Positions 1 to 10,000 of a stretch of 32,006 nucleotides of DNA are shown here, in pieces. Under the pieces are notes generated by a model. It saw nothing but the letters and a program-made list of their open reading frames with translations, was not told the DNA's origin and did no database searches. Made by a program: the position numbers and the translations under genes. The stretch comes from Cyanobacteria bacterium P01_A01_bin.123 (lineage in GTDB: Bacteria > Cyanobacteriota > Cyanobacteriia > Phormidesmidales > Phormidesmidaceae), in contig JBCBZT010000068.1 of assembly GCA_039815185.1 (NCBI GenBank), positions 1-32,006 of the forward strand, read 5' to 3'. Positions within the stretch are counted from its first letter, which is position 1. The number at the start of each line of letters is the position of its first letter.

Positions 1-43
1 ATTATGACTCACTCTCATATAGCATTTGTAGTCTGAGCTAGCA

Positions 44-129
44 GCCCAACCCTACTTTGGTGCGGGCGAAACAGAAGCTATCTGTGACTATTGGCGGGCA
101 TCTGCCGCAGCACAACTTCGCCGTTGGGC
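44..129 (+). mobile_element. attC-like integron recombination site
   Basis: R'' GCCCAAC (44-50, fits RYYYAAC), 5-bp spacer CCTAC, L'' TTTGGTGC ... L' GCACAAC, 6-bp spacer TTCGCC, R' GTTGGGC (123-129, fits GTTRRRY). Perfect outer inverted repeat GCAGCCCAAC/GTTGGGCTGC (41-50/123-132). 86 bp long and directly after + strand stop codons (TGA 34-36, TAG 39-41). Confidence 0.8.
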
Positions 130-185
130 TGCAAAATTCAGTGTTGCATCATGGATTTACATCCTCACCCAAGGTATGGAAATCC

Positions 186-1058
186 ATGAATAATAGAACT
201 CAATATTTATGGGAATTAGCAAAACGCAATGTTAAAGCTTACATTGCTAATCCGAAAACCAAAGCAGCAATGGTCGCAGGCTCAGTTGCAGAAGGGCTGT
301 GTGATGAATACTCTGATTGTGACATGAGGATTTATTACGACGAATTACCTTCCGAGGAAGAATTACAGCTTGCGCGTCAACAGAATCAAGGTTCAGAGCG
401 GCTCTGGATCTTGGGTGATCGAAAAGAGGGTGGGTTCGCCGAGAGTTACCTTGTGAACAGTGTCGAGTGTCAGTTTGGTCATGTGACGATCGCACAATGG
501 GAGAAGGATATTTCAAATATCTTGGAAGGGCATGATCTTCAATCTCCATTAGTGAAAGCGATGTCTGGAACATTGGTTGGAATCCCACTGTACGGTGAAA
601 CACTCATTCAGCGATGGAAAGCCAAAGTAGCGAATTATCCAGATGAACTCGCACAGAAGATGGTTGAACAATACCTCAAGTTCTTCGCGATTTGGGGAAT
701 GCAGGAAAAGTTCGCCAAGCGAGATACGACACTTTGGTATTATCAAATTCTGGTTGAGTCAGCCCAAAACCTTCTCGGCGTGTTATCTGGGTTGAACCGT
801 TTGTATTATTCAACATTCCAATTCAAGCGGATGAGCAGGTTTATTGAGCAAATGGAGATGGCGCCTGAGAATCTTGCCGCTCGTCTTGAAAGGCTGTTTC
901 ATCAGGAACCTCCAGTAGCGGTCAATCAACTTGAAGCATTGGTTCGAGAAACCGTAGAGCTTGTGGAGATTCATATGCCTCAAGTGAAGACATCATCAGC
1001 AAAACGAAGATTAGGGTGGAGACAGCAGCAGTGGAAATTCAACGAAGTAGATCGGTAA
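186..1058 (+). CDS. Nucleotidyltransferase-fold protein with C-terminal helical domain (DUF4037-like); probable gene cassette
   Basis: Pol-beta NTase motif GSVAEGLCDEYSDCD near the N-terminus. ATG at 186 is preferred because the longer ORF from 57 would run through the attC. Confidence 0.8.
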   Translation: MNNRTQYLWELAKRNVKAYIANPKTKAAMVAGSVAEGLCDEYSDCDMRIYYDELPSEEELQLARQQNQGSERLWILGDRKEGGFAESYLVNSVECQFGHVTIAQWEKDISNILEGHDLQSPLVKAMSGTLVGIPLYGETLIQRWKAKVANYPDELAQKMVEQYLKFFAIWGMQEKFAKRDTTLWYYQILVESAQNLLGVLSGLNRLYYSTFQFKRMSRFIEQMEMAPENLAARLERLFHQEPPVAVNQLEALVRETVELVEIHMPQVKTSSAKRRLGWRQQQWKFNEVDR

Positions 1059-1067
1059 GGCATTGCC

Positions 1068-1153
1068 AGCTAACAACAGTGATGCAGCGGAACGTACTAG
1101 CTTGCTTTGTTAGAGTTCAGGGGAGTTACATTCGCTGAACACGACTGTTGACG
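1068..1153 (+). mobile_element. Degenerate attC-like site closing the cassette
   Basis: Begins 9 bp after the stop: AGCTAAC-AACAGT-GATGCAGC ... GCTGAAC-ACGACT-GTTGACG. The L''/L' boxes are complementary and the length is again 86 bp, but the R boxes and first spacer deviate from consensus. Confidence 0.55.
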
Positions 1154-1337
1154 GAAAACACCGCGACCCGTGAACCTTTGAGCCAAGGGTTGGTGCTTAG
1201 GTTAAGTACTACTCTTCACAAAATCTCAAGCATATCTCGTGAGTTGGGTTGAAGTATGAGGCCTAACTTCAGCTAACTATTGAAAACAGCTCTTCTGGAC
1301 AGTTTCTTGTCTGAAGTTTGTATAAAAAGCTAGATTA

Positions 1338-1913
1338 CTAAGTAACCTTAGGAAACTCCACATCTTCGTATAAGGAGGTGATCTCAACCCTCATATCCAC
1401 GCTCGTCAGTACTACTTCATCTCCCTCCTCAAACGGGTGCAACACCCATAGCTTTGCCTCATTCTTACGAAACACCTCAACTTGCTGCCGATCCTGGCTT
1501 ACTAAAACATACTCTTTCAACGTCTCTAGGTGGCGATAATGCTCAAACCTCTTCCCGCGATCTTTCGCTTCTGTTCCCTCTGAAAGTATCTCCACAATTA
1601 ACACCGGATACTTCTTGGAATACCGAAACTCTCGATCGCGCTGATCACAGCTCACCATCACATCCGGATAGTCATAATGATTAACTGCATCGATTTCAAC
1701 CTTCATGTCAGACCCATAAACTCGACAATTACTCCCCCGTAAATGTCCTCGTAATAATGACGTAATATTGATACCAATGGTGACATGTTCATCACTGGCA
1801 CCCGCTATCGCGTAAACCTCGCCATCGTGATATTCATGCTTCACCAAACTTGATTTTTCAGCTTCAAGATAGTCTTCTGGTGAAAGATAATCGGTTTGCT
1901 TAGCGGCTATCAT
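1338..1913 (-). CDS. Uma2 family (DUF820) restriction endonuclease-like protein
   Basis: Typical motifs: EDYLEAE..KHEY.DG.VYA.AGAS..H, YPDVMV.CD, P.LIVEILS..TE..DRG.RF..YR....L.EYVLVSQD. Confidence 0.93.
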   Translation of the reverse strand: MIAAKQTDYLSPEDYLEAEKSSLVKHEYHDGEVYAIAGASDEHVTIGINITSLLRGHLRGSNCRVYGSDMKVEIDAVNHYDYPDVMVSCDQRDREFRYSKKYPVLIVEILSEGTEAKDRGKRFEHYRHLETLKEYVLVSQDRQQVEVFRKNEAKLWVLHPFEEGDEVVLTSVDMRVEITSLYEDVEFPKVT

Positions 1914-2067
1914 GGCACCTTCATCTCGCGAAAGCGTAAACTCATTGACGACATCAACAACTTAAGCATTAAGTTGTTATTAACCATCAGGTCAGGCGTT
2001 TCCATGATATATTCCTCATCTCAAACAAACACCATCCTGGAATCATTGTTGAGCTCACATTCTGACA

Positions 2068-2988
2068 ATGCCTCTTCACATTGAAACACCCCTACTCAAG
2101 TCCTACCCCCTCAGCAGCGTGGTCAATCGCTCAGTCTGGCTAAAGCTCGACGCGCTGCAACCGCCAGGATCATTCAAAATTCGGGGCATTGGGGCAGCCT
2201 GCGAACATTATGCTCAGGCAGGTGCCCAGCGATTTGTCTCGTCTTCTGGTGGCAATGCGGGCATGGCTGTTGCCTATGCTGGGCAGTGCTTATCTATTCC
2301 AGTCACCGTTGTTGTTCCAGAAAACGCCACCGACAGATCCAAAGCCCTGCTGCAACAACTCGGGGCAACGGTTATCGTTCACGGCCCTTCCTGGCAGGAG
2401 GCGAATGCACAGGCGTTGTCAATACTCGATGAGCAAGATGCATTCATCCATCCCTTTGATAATCCGCTGGTTTGGGAAGGCCACGCCACAATGATTGATG
2501 AGGCTGTCCGTTCAGGGTTGAAACCAGATGCAGTGGTTGTGTCCGTGGGTGGGGGTGGCCTGTTGTGTGGCGTTGTGGAGGGACTTCATCGCAATCATCT
2601 GGCCCATGTGCCAGTCCTTGCAGTTGAGACTGAAGGGGCCGAATCCTTCCACAAGGCACAGTTAGCAGGTCATTTGATTGAGCTTGAGCAAATTTCTAGC
2701 TTGGCTAATACGCTTGGGGCCAAACAAGTCTGCAACCGCGCCCTCCAATGGACTCAGGAGCATGACATTCGCAGCGTTGTTGTGTCTGATCAAGCCGCTC
2801 TATCCGCCTGTGAACGGTTTCTCGATGATCATAGAGTATTGGTAGAACCTGCCTGTGGTGCTGCAATAGCGCTGGCATATGAACAGTCTTCCGCTTTTGA
2901 GGGCTTCGAGACTATTTTAATCGTTGTTTGTGGCGGAGCAACCGTCACCATCGATCAAATTCGCAACTGGTTAGGCGGAGATAAATAA
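2068..2988 (+). CDS. PLP-dependent L-serine/threonine ammonia-lyase (SDS-like, PALP family)
   Basis: GSFKIRG (PLP lysine), SSGGNAG, HPFDNP, SVGGGGL and VEPACGA motifs; 306 aa with no regulatory domain. Confidence 0.88.
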   Translation: MPLHIETPLLKSYPLSSVVNRSVWLKLDALQPPGSFKIRGIGAACEHYAQAGAQRFVSSSGGNAGMAVAYAGQCLSIPVTVVVPENATDRSKALLQQLGATVIVHGPSWQEANAQALSILDEQDAFIHPFDNPLVWEGHATMIDEAVRSGLKPDAVVVSVGGGGLLCGVVEGLHRNHLAHVPVLAVETEGAESFHKAQLAGHLIELEQISSLANTLGAKQVCNRALQWTQEHDIRSVVVSDQAALSACERFLDDHRVLVEPACGAAIALAYEQSSAFEGFETILIVVCGGATVTIDQIRNWLGGDK

Positions 2989-3092
2989 CTGTTTAGATGG
3001 GTTATGACTACTGTGAGCTAGGTTGCCTTTATACAAAGCCCTTCAGCGATCTTCGGTGCATCAAGCCAAGCAATCTGAACAGCAATATAAAT

Positions 3093-3824
3093 CTAATCGA
3101 CAGGAATCAAAGGTTCTATCTTTTCAATTAAGTTAGGAATTTCATGACAGATTACATCCCAAACGATCACAATCTCAACACGACTATATTCATGAATTAA
3201 ACGATTTCTCATGCCGATGATCGCTGACCAGGGAATATCAGGCTGACTGGCTCTCATAGATTCGGATAGTCTTCTGGCAGCTTCACCAATAATTTCCAAC
3301 TGTCGGACACAGGCATCTTGAATCAAGCTACTTTGCTGAAAATCATCCCAGGTTATCCCTGATGCATACTGCTGAATTTTGCGGCCTGCAAGCACAATAT
3401 CTAGAAGCAGGGATTGATCTCGCTCCATATCCGTGAAGTGCCTTGAAAGTTCTAATTGGGGATTAGGTTTTTCTAAAGTAAGTTGGGATTGGGCTGAATA
3501 GATAACCTGACTAGAAGCCAGAATGCTTTGGCAGCGCAGATAGTTTTCACCAGCTAGGATTGATGTTTTTAAGACGACATCGACATTCCTTTGAAAGAGT
3601 TTTGCCAACTCATCTTGAACATTCACTAGGTCAATGAGGCTCGGGTGCGCACTGGGTGAAAAGGTGACTAAAACATCAATATCACTATCGGGACGAAAGT
3701 CATCACGAAGAACTGAGCCGAATAGGGCAAACTCAGCAATATGCCACCGTTGGCAGAAGTTGGCAATTTGACCGGGGGAAGCCTTGAGGCGATCGCGCCC
3801 CAAACTTTCCAATTCAGCAACCAT
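3093..3824 (-). CDS. Fused MNT (MntA-like) antitoxin - HEPN (HepT/DUF86) RNase toxin
   Basis: N-terminal FGSVLRDDFRPDSDIDVLV (GS-x10-DxD) and C-terminal DACVRQLEIIGEAA...IPW..I.GMRNRLIHEY (R-x4-H-x-Y) lie in one frame with no stop between them. Confidence 0.88.
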   Translation of the reverse strand: MVAELESLGRDRLKASPGQIANFCQRWHIAEFALFGSVLRDDFRPDSDIDVLVTFSPSAHPSLIDLVNVQDELAKLFQRNVDVVLKTSILAGENYLRCQSILASSQVIYSAQSQLTLEKPNPQLELSRHFTDMERDQSLLLDIVLAGRKIQQYASGITWDDFQQSSLIQDACVRQLEIIGEAARRLSESMRASQPDIPWSAIIGMRNRLIHEYSRVEIVIVWDVICHEIPNLIEKIEPLIPVD

Positions 3825-3891
3825 AACTAACCGTTTATCCCGCCAGACAGTTGACTTAAGCCGAGAGACATAGATGGCTTTGGTGACTATC

Positions 3892-4791
3892 TTAACGAGC
3901 GCTCAGCCACAGCACCATCGGCAGCGTCAAAAAGCTCAGCAACGTTGAAAACACGATGGTTCTGGCAACTCGCACGGTGTCGCCACCCAGTTCAGTCACC
4001 CAAATCAGCGAATTGACTGCCACTGGCATAGCGGCTTGCAATACCACCACCTGCAAATCTAGTCCGCTTAAGTTCAAGACTCGTCCGATGCCATAGGCCA
4101 AGAGTGGAGACACCACCAGCCTAAGCGCTGCTCCAAGCAATTCAAAGCGGCCAAACGCAAACTGCGTCCGGGATAACTGTATCCCCAAGGTGAGCAGCGC
4201 CATCGGGATCGCCCCGTCACCTAATAGCGTCAACCCCCGGTCAATCGTCTGGGGCAGAATTTGATCCAACGCCTGCAATGCCAGTCCTGCCAATGCTGCC
4301 CAAAACACGGGCAATCTCAGCGTAAAGTTTGCCCCAGCCCTGATCCCCGCTCCCTTCAGCACAATCGGAAACACGCTAGAAATCATTAGGCTTGAGCCGA
4401 CCAAATACACAACGGCGCGCTCTAGCCCGGCTTCACCCAGAGAAAACATGACGAAGGGCAACCCCATATTGCCAACGTTGGCAAATAGCGTGGTGGCAAT
4501 CAAACTCTTTTGTTCATCTGGTGAGAATTTGAAGCTCCGTCCCAGCGCCCTTGCCAGAAAGTAAAGGGAAATCGTGTTGAGTAAGAAGGTACCCACAATC
4601 GCGATCGCGCTTCCCAAGGGCAATGTGGTCTTGGCTAAGCTGATCAGCACTAGTGCCGGCAGCATCGCATAGATATTGACCCGAGCCAACGTTTGTAAAT
4701 CCAGATCGAAGCTGCGTCCAACGCAAACCCCAGCTAGCGCCACCAGCGCAATCGGCAGCACGGCCGAAATCAAAATGGCCATAAACTCCAT
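3892..4791 (-). CDS. AEC (auxin efflux carrier) family transporter
   Basis: About 10 hydrophobic segments; FANVGNMGLP, AIPMALLTLG, QAAMPVA and STLLSFLTLP motifs. Confidence 0.9.
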   Translation of the reverse strand: MEFMAILISAVLPIALVALAGVCVGRSFDLDLQTLARVNIYAMLPALVLISLAKTTLPLGSAIAIVGTFLLNTISLYFLARALGRSFKFSPDEQKSLIATTLFANVGNMGLPFVMFSLGEAGLERAVVYLVGSSLMISSVFPIVLKGAGIRAGANFTLRLPVFWAALAGLALQALDQILPQTIDRGLTLLGDGAIPMALLTLGIQLSRTQFAFGRFELLGAALRLVVSPLLAYGIGRVLNLSGLDLQVVVLQAAMPVAVNSLIWVTELGGDTVRVARTIVFSTLLSFLTLPMVLWLSAR

Positions 4792-4883
4792 CCGAGTTGG
4801 AACCTTGAGTTTTCAGCTTAGGGAAAAATAATGGATTTGGATGTGGATGCAATCGGCAGCAATGGCAGGCCATCGCGCAGCAG

Positions 4884-4916
4884 TTGCAGAGCACTGATTT
4901 GCAGAGCACTGATTTG
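4884..4916. repeat. 15-bp tandem duplication (TTGCAGAGCACTGAT x2.2)
   Basis: Exact tandem copies at 4884-4898 and 4899-4913, plus TTG, in the AEC/argD divergent intergenic region. Confidence 0.85.
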
Positions 4917-5063
4917 GCATAAACTTTCTTGCCCGCATCTATTCAAGCTGCTGATAGCATTCCATCAGGGTTTCCGTTACGCTAATGTCTGGGTTTAAAG
5001 CATGCTGCATTACAGAGATTGTGTTAAACCCAATTTAGGTTTAGTACCCATGAGGATACGCCC

Positions 5064-6350
5064 GTGAGCTTCACTACCCTTGTGCGCAAGTCGCTCAAAG
5101 CTTTGACCACGCCTACAGCCACCAGTGCCGATTTTGATCAGGCAACCTTTGATCAAGCGGTAATGACAACTTATGGCCGATTCCCAATCGCACTGGCGCG
5201 CGGCGAAGGCTGTCGAGTCTGGGATACAAACGGGCGGGAATATCTAGATTTTGTGGCAGGCATTGCCACCTGTACTTTAGGCCATGCTCACCCCACCATG
5301 GTTGAGGCCGTGACCCAGCAGATTCAAAAGCTGCACCATGTCTCAAACCTTTACTATGTTCCTGAGCAAGGCAATCTGGCTCAATGGCTGGTGGCCCATT
5401 CCTGTGCTGACCGGGTTTTCTTTTGCAATTCTGGGGCTGAAGCGAATGAAGGGGCGATCAAACTCGCCCGCAAGTACGCCCACGTTAAGCTCAACATCTC
5501 TGAGCCGGTGATTATCACCGCTAATGCCAGCTTCCACGGACGAACCCTAGCAACTATCACCGCCACGGGGCAACCCAAATATCAAAAGAATTTCAACCCG
5601 CTGGTGCCTGGATTTCACTACGTCCCCTATAACGATATTGCAGCCCTCGAAGCTGCCGTTTCTGAAATCGACCGTGACCAACGGCGGCTGGCGGCGATTA
5701 TGCTGGAACCCTTACAGGGAGAAGGGGGCGTTCGTCCGGGGGATGTCGCTTACTTTAAGCGCGTCCGCGAACTTTGTAACCAAAAAGGAATCCTGCTGAT
5801 TCTTGATGAGGTACAGGCCGGCATGGGACGCACGGGCAAATACTGGGGGCATGAGCACCTCGGGATTGAACCCGATGTGTTTACCTCAGCTAAGGGGTTG
5901 GGGGGCGGCATTCCGATTGGCGCGATGTTGTGCAAAACATCCTGTGACGTGTTTCAACCCGGCGACCATGCCAGCACCTTTGGCGGCAATCCCTTTGTCT
6001 GTGGCGTCGCGTTGACGGTCTGTCAAACCCTAGAAAAAGAAAATGTTTTGGCTAACGTCCGCGATCGCGGCGAGCAGTTACGCATAGGACTTAAGGCGAT
6101 CGCCCAGCGTTATCCCAACGTCATTGCCGAAGTTCGCGGTTGGGGGTTGATTAACGGATTAGCACTTAAAGAAGACTCTGAAATCACTGCTATTGCCATT
6201 GTCAAAGCTGCAATGGAGATGGGGTTATTGCTGGTACCTGCCGGGCCAAAAGTGGTGCGGTTTGTGCCGCCGCTGATTGTCTCTGCGGCAGAAGTGGAGC
6301 AAGCCTTAAAAGCAATTGAGCAGGCCTTAGGCCAGATCAAGGTTGTGTGA
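5064..6350 (+). CDS. argD: Acetylornithine aminotransferase (class III PLP)
   Basis: YLDFVAGIA, FFCNSGAEANEGAIKLARK, SFHGRT, EPLQGEGG, DEVQAGMGRTG, SAKGLGGG and HASTFGGNP motifs; GTG start after GAGGA. Confidence 0.93.
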   Translation: MSFTTLVRKSLKALTTPTATSADFDQATFDQAVMTTYGRFPIALARGEGCRVWDTNGREYLDFVAGIATCTLGHAHPTMVEAVTQQIQKLHHVSNLYYVPEQGNLAQWLVAHSCADRVFFCNSGAEANEGAIKLARKYAHVKLNISEPVIITANASFHGRTLATITATGQPKYQKNFNPLVPGFHYVPYNDIAALEAAVSEIDRDQRRLAAIMLEPLQGEGGVRPGDVAYFKRVRELCNQKGILLILDEVQAGMGRTGKYWGHEHLGIEPDVFTSAKGLGGGIPIGAMLCKTSCDVFQPGDHASTFGGNPFVCGVALTVCQTLEKENVLANVRDRGEQLRIGLKAIAQRYPNVIAEVRGWGLINGLALKEDSEITAIAIVKAAMEMGLLLVPAGPKVVRFVPPLIVSAAEVEQALKAIEQALGQIKVV

Positions 6351-6532
6351 GACGGGTCAATCAGAAATGGGTATGCTGATGACGGATAGACTGCGGTGAT
6401 CCAAAGAGGTTCATCTTTAGTCTTGGCGCTCTTGGTCGCTGATGGGTAATTGCTGTCGCAAGATTGCCCCGCGAGCGATGGAACAAGGGGCGATCGCAGT
6501 CCGTCATCCAAGCCAACTCAGGAGCAAAAATC

Positions 6533-6955
6533 ATGGTCAGGTTGTTGACTACCCTTGTTGTCAGTGCTGTCGTCATTGCAGGGCTGAGCGATCGCCCGAG
6601 TATAGCCCAAAACTGCCGCGCAGGCTGCGAGTCTGACCAAATTCAATTCACGCCAGGGCAACAACTGACGATTGAAATTATCAATCGAGCCCCCCACTCG
6701 GTACAGTTTAGTCAAATGGCTTACATGAATCCCCAAAGCCTAGCGGCTTATGGCGGTTTGGCCGTTCTAGAGTTTGGGGCAGGCACCCGCCCCAATGTAG
6801 ACCTCTACGTTTGGGAAGAAAACGCCGAACCCCTAAACATTACCTTGGCCCGTCCAGCCAGTAATGTATTGAGGGTTGAAGTCACGGCAGCACCTTATGG
6901 TCCAGGCGATCGCGCGATTACGATTGCTGATGACGGCCGGGTGCTGATTTACTAA
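6533..6955 (+). CDS. Secreted hypothetical protein (cyanobacterial type, CxxxC after the signal peptide)
   Basis: AGGAG RBS at 6520-6524 before ATG 6533; hydrophobic signal peptide; beta-rich mature part ending DDGRVLIY. Confidence 0.75.
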   Translation: MVRLLTTLVVSAVVIAGLSDRPSIAQNCRAGCESDQIQFTPGQQLTIEIINRAPHSVQFSQMAYMNPQSLAAYGGLAVLEFGAGTRPNVDLYVWEENAEPLNITLARPASNVLRVEVTAAPYGPGDRAITIADDGRVLIY

Positions 6956-7002
6956 GCGGTACCCAGCCGCTAGGGCCTTCTTTTTCATGAGTTATTGAAA
7001 GG

Positions 7003-10000
7003 CTATGAGGGCTTGAGAGACAAAAGCTGCTGCATAGTGGTGACCAATTGTTTTAGCTTGACAGGCTTGCTGAGATATTCATTGGCACCCGCCGCTAGAC
7101 AACTTTCGCGATCGCCTACCATGGCTAGGGCCGTGAGAGTAATAATGGGGATATTGCTGAGGGCTGGATCACAACGAATTTGCTGAATAGCATCTAATCC
7201 GCTCATACCCGGCATTTGAACATCCATCAAAATCAAATCAGGGGTTTCGGCTTGGGCCACAGCGATCGCATCCGCGCCATTTTTAACCACAAGTAAACGA
7301 TAACCTTTGACCCTGAGATAGCTCGAAATCGTGGCAATATTGGCATCATTGTCTTCAGCCAGCAAAATCAAGGGTGATTCAATTGAATCAGGCTGGCTAG
7401 GTTCAAAACTAGAGTCGTCTTGGGGCTCCGCTTCGCAGAAATCGACATCGGCAGCAACGCAGGGCAAGTCGATTGTGAAACAGCTGCCAACGCCGACTTC
7501 ACTGGTCAGCCCCACTTTGCCGCCATGGAGTTCAACAATGCGCTTGACGAGAACCAGCCCCAACCCAGTCCCTGTATATTGACGACTCAGATCGCTATCA
7601 ATTTGAATAAACGGCTGAAAGAGGTTTGAAATGTACTCTGGGGCAATGCCAATGCCGGTATCAATAACGGCCATGCGAAGAAAGCTTTGGGGTGGGGTAT
7701 CAGTCCCGTCTAAGATGCCAGATCCCGCTTGAATGCTGACTGCTAATGTGACACGTCCTCCCTCCGGGGTAAATTTGACTGCGTTGTTGAGTAGATTGAT
7801 CAAAACTTGACGGATACGCCGCTCATCAATCCAAAGGTCAGGCAAATGACGCGGATGTTTAATGTCCAGTTGGATGTGTTTTTTTAGGGCTTGCTGCTTA
7901 ATGAATGTCAAGCTCGATTGGCAAAGGGGCACGACAGCAGTCGCAGTACAGTCCAGCGTGAAGTGACCCGATTCAATTTTGGCCACATCGAGAATATCAT
8001 TGATGACCTCTAGTAAATGAGAGCCACTGCGTTCTATAGATTTCAGTGCTTTCATCTGATCAGTATTGATTGCACCAAAAACGCCCTCTTGTAACCCTTC
8101 AGCCATGCCCAAAATGGCATTAAAGGGCGTACGCAATTCATGACTCATGTTGGCCAAGAATTCATCTTTAAGCCGGGTTGCACGGGCCAGTTCTTGATTA
8201 GAAATGGCGAGTTCTTCGTTCCGCTCGGTCAGCTGCTGTTGGGCTTGGTGAATGAGCTGTTCAGCCCGTTTGCGATCGCTAATGTCTTGATAGATGCCCA
8301 ACACACCAATGACCACACCGTCTAGATCGCGCAGAGGAACTTTGTTGGTTTCACTCCAGGTAATGGTGCCATCAGCTCTAAGCTGAGTTTTGATAATTTC
8401 AAGCTTAGGCACACCAGATTCCATCACCTGTTGGTCATCTTCCCAGTAGAGTTGGGCGTCGGTTTCTGGCCAAAGATCACGATCGGTTTTGCCAATAATT
8501 TGATCGGATGACTCGAAACCGGAGGTACTGACAAAGGTTTGATTACACCCCAAGTAAACAGAGTTTCGATCTTTCCAAAAGACACACAAAGGAAAGCTGT
8601 CTAGTACCGTTTGCAAGAACTGCTGCGACTCACGTAATGCCTTCTCAGATTTCATCCGTTCTGTCAAATCACGGAAAATACCTTGGATGATCAGGGTGTC
8701 TCCAATTTTGACCCTGGTGGCGGTGATATCAACCGGAACAATCTGACCGTCCTGGCGCAGGATTCGAGCATTTAGCGTTTCAGTCCGCGTCCCTTTGACC
8801 ACTTCGCCAAAAGTGGCGTTGAAGTATGACAAATCCTCTGGCGGGCACAGCTGGGACTGATTCATCTGAGTCAACTGTTCGCGGGGGTAGCCAAATAACG
8901 CCTCCATTTTGTAGTTCGCTTCTAGCAGATTACCCTGTAGATCTGCCACCACAATGGCATCGCTGGCTTTGTCCACCAACGCTCGATAACGGGCTTCCCG
9001 TTCTTGTAGGGCGGCGGTGCGTTCTTCAACTTTGGCTTCTAGGGCTTGATTGAGCTGATGGAGTTGCTGCTCGACTTGTTTACGATCGCTGATGTCGGTA
9101 ACCGTACCCACATAGCCCATCAACTGCCCTTGCTCATTCTGTTCGGCAATGGTCTGCACCCAGACCCAGACCAGCTTATGGTCTGGGCGTTGTAGCCGGT
9201 ATTCACCCTGGGAAGGTTTGTTTTCTCGAATAGATTTTGCCCAGTCGCGAACGACCCGGTTGCGATCTCCGGGATAGATTAAGTCTTGCCACCCATCCCC
9301 CATGGCTGCTTCTGCCGTAAATCCAGAAATTTGCAGCCAGCGATCGTTGACATAAATGCAGCGTCCCGCTGCATCAAACCGAAAGATCCCAACTGGGGCT
9401 GCTGCCGCCAAGGAGGCATAGCGTTGTTCACTTTCGCGTAGGCGGGCTTCAGCTTGTCGGCGTTCTTTGAGTTCTGCTTGCAGTTGCTGGTGGGTAATGG
9501 CTTGCTGCAGCGCGATCGCCATATGTGTTGACAACGCTTGCAGGAGTTCTACATCTTCGGGTTTCCACTCACGGGCATATTGACTTTCAATGACATTGAG
9601 CAAGCCCCACAATTGGTCACCACACAACAGCGGCACCAAAATTTTGGTTCGCGTTTGCAACCCGATCAACAGTTCTCGATAACCGTCCGGGAGGTCAACC
9701 GTGTCAATATCGGGTAAGACCTGAATCCACCCCTGACGATAAACCTCAACTGACATTGGCTCGAACCAGAGGTTATCAATCCGTTCGCCCACGAACGACA
9801 GCGCTGAGTCAGTGGACTCAGCCACAACCACACTGTGCCAATCGGTGTCAAACTGCCAAATATTGACGCGATCGCAACCCAGCAGCTGTCGCACCTGATC
9901 TACAGTCGTCTCCAAAATAGTCTGCAAACTCAGGGACGAACGGATTTGCATTGCCAGATCGGCAACGATCTTTTCTCGTTCGGCCTTGGCTTTAAGCACA

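Noticed and set aside
57..185. N-terminal extension of the first ORF
   Set aside because: Runs through the attC site; the NTase domain begins after ATG 186.
1261..1267. GCCTAAC as the start of a third attC
   Set aside because: No complementary L boxes or GTTRRRY partner at a suitable distance.
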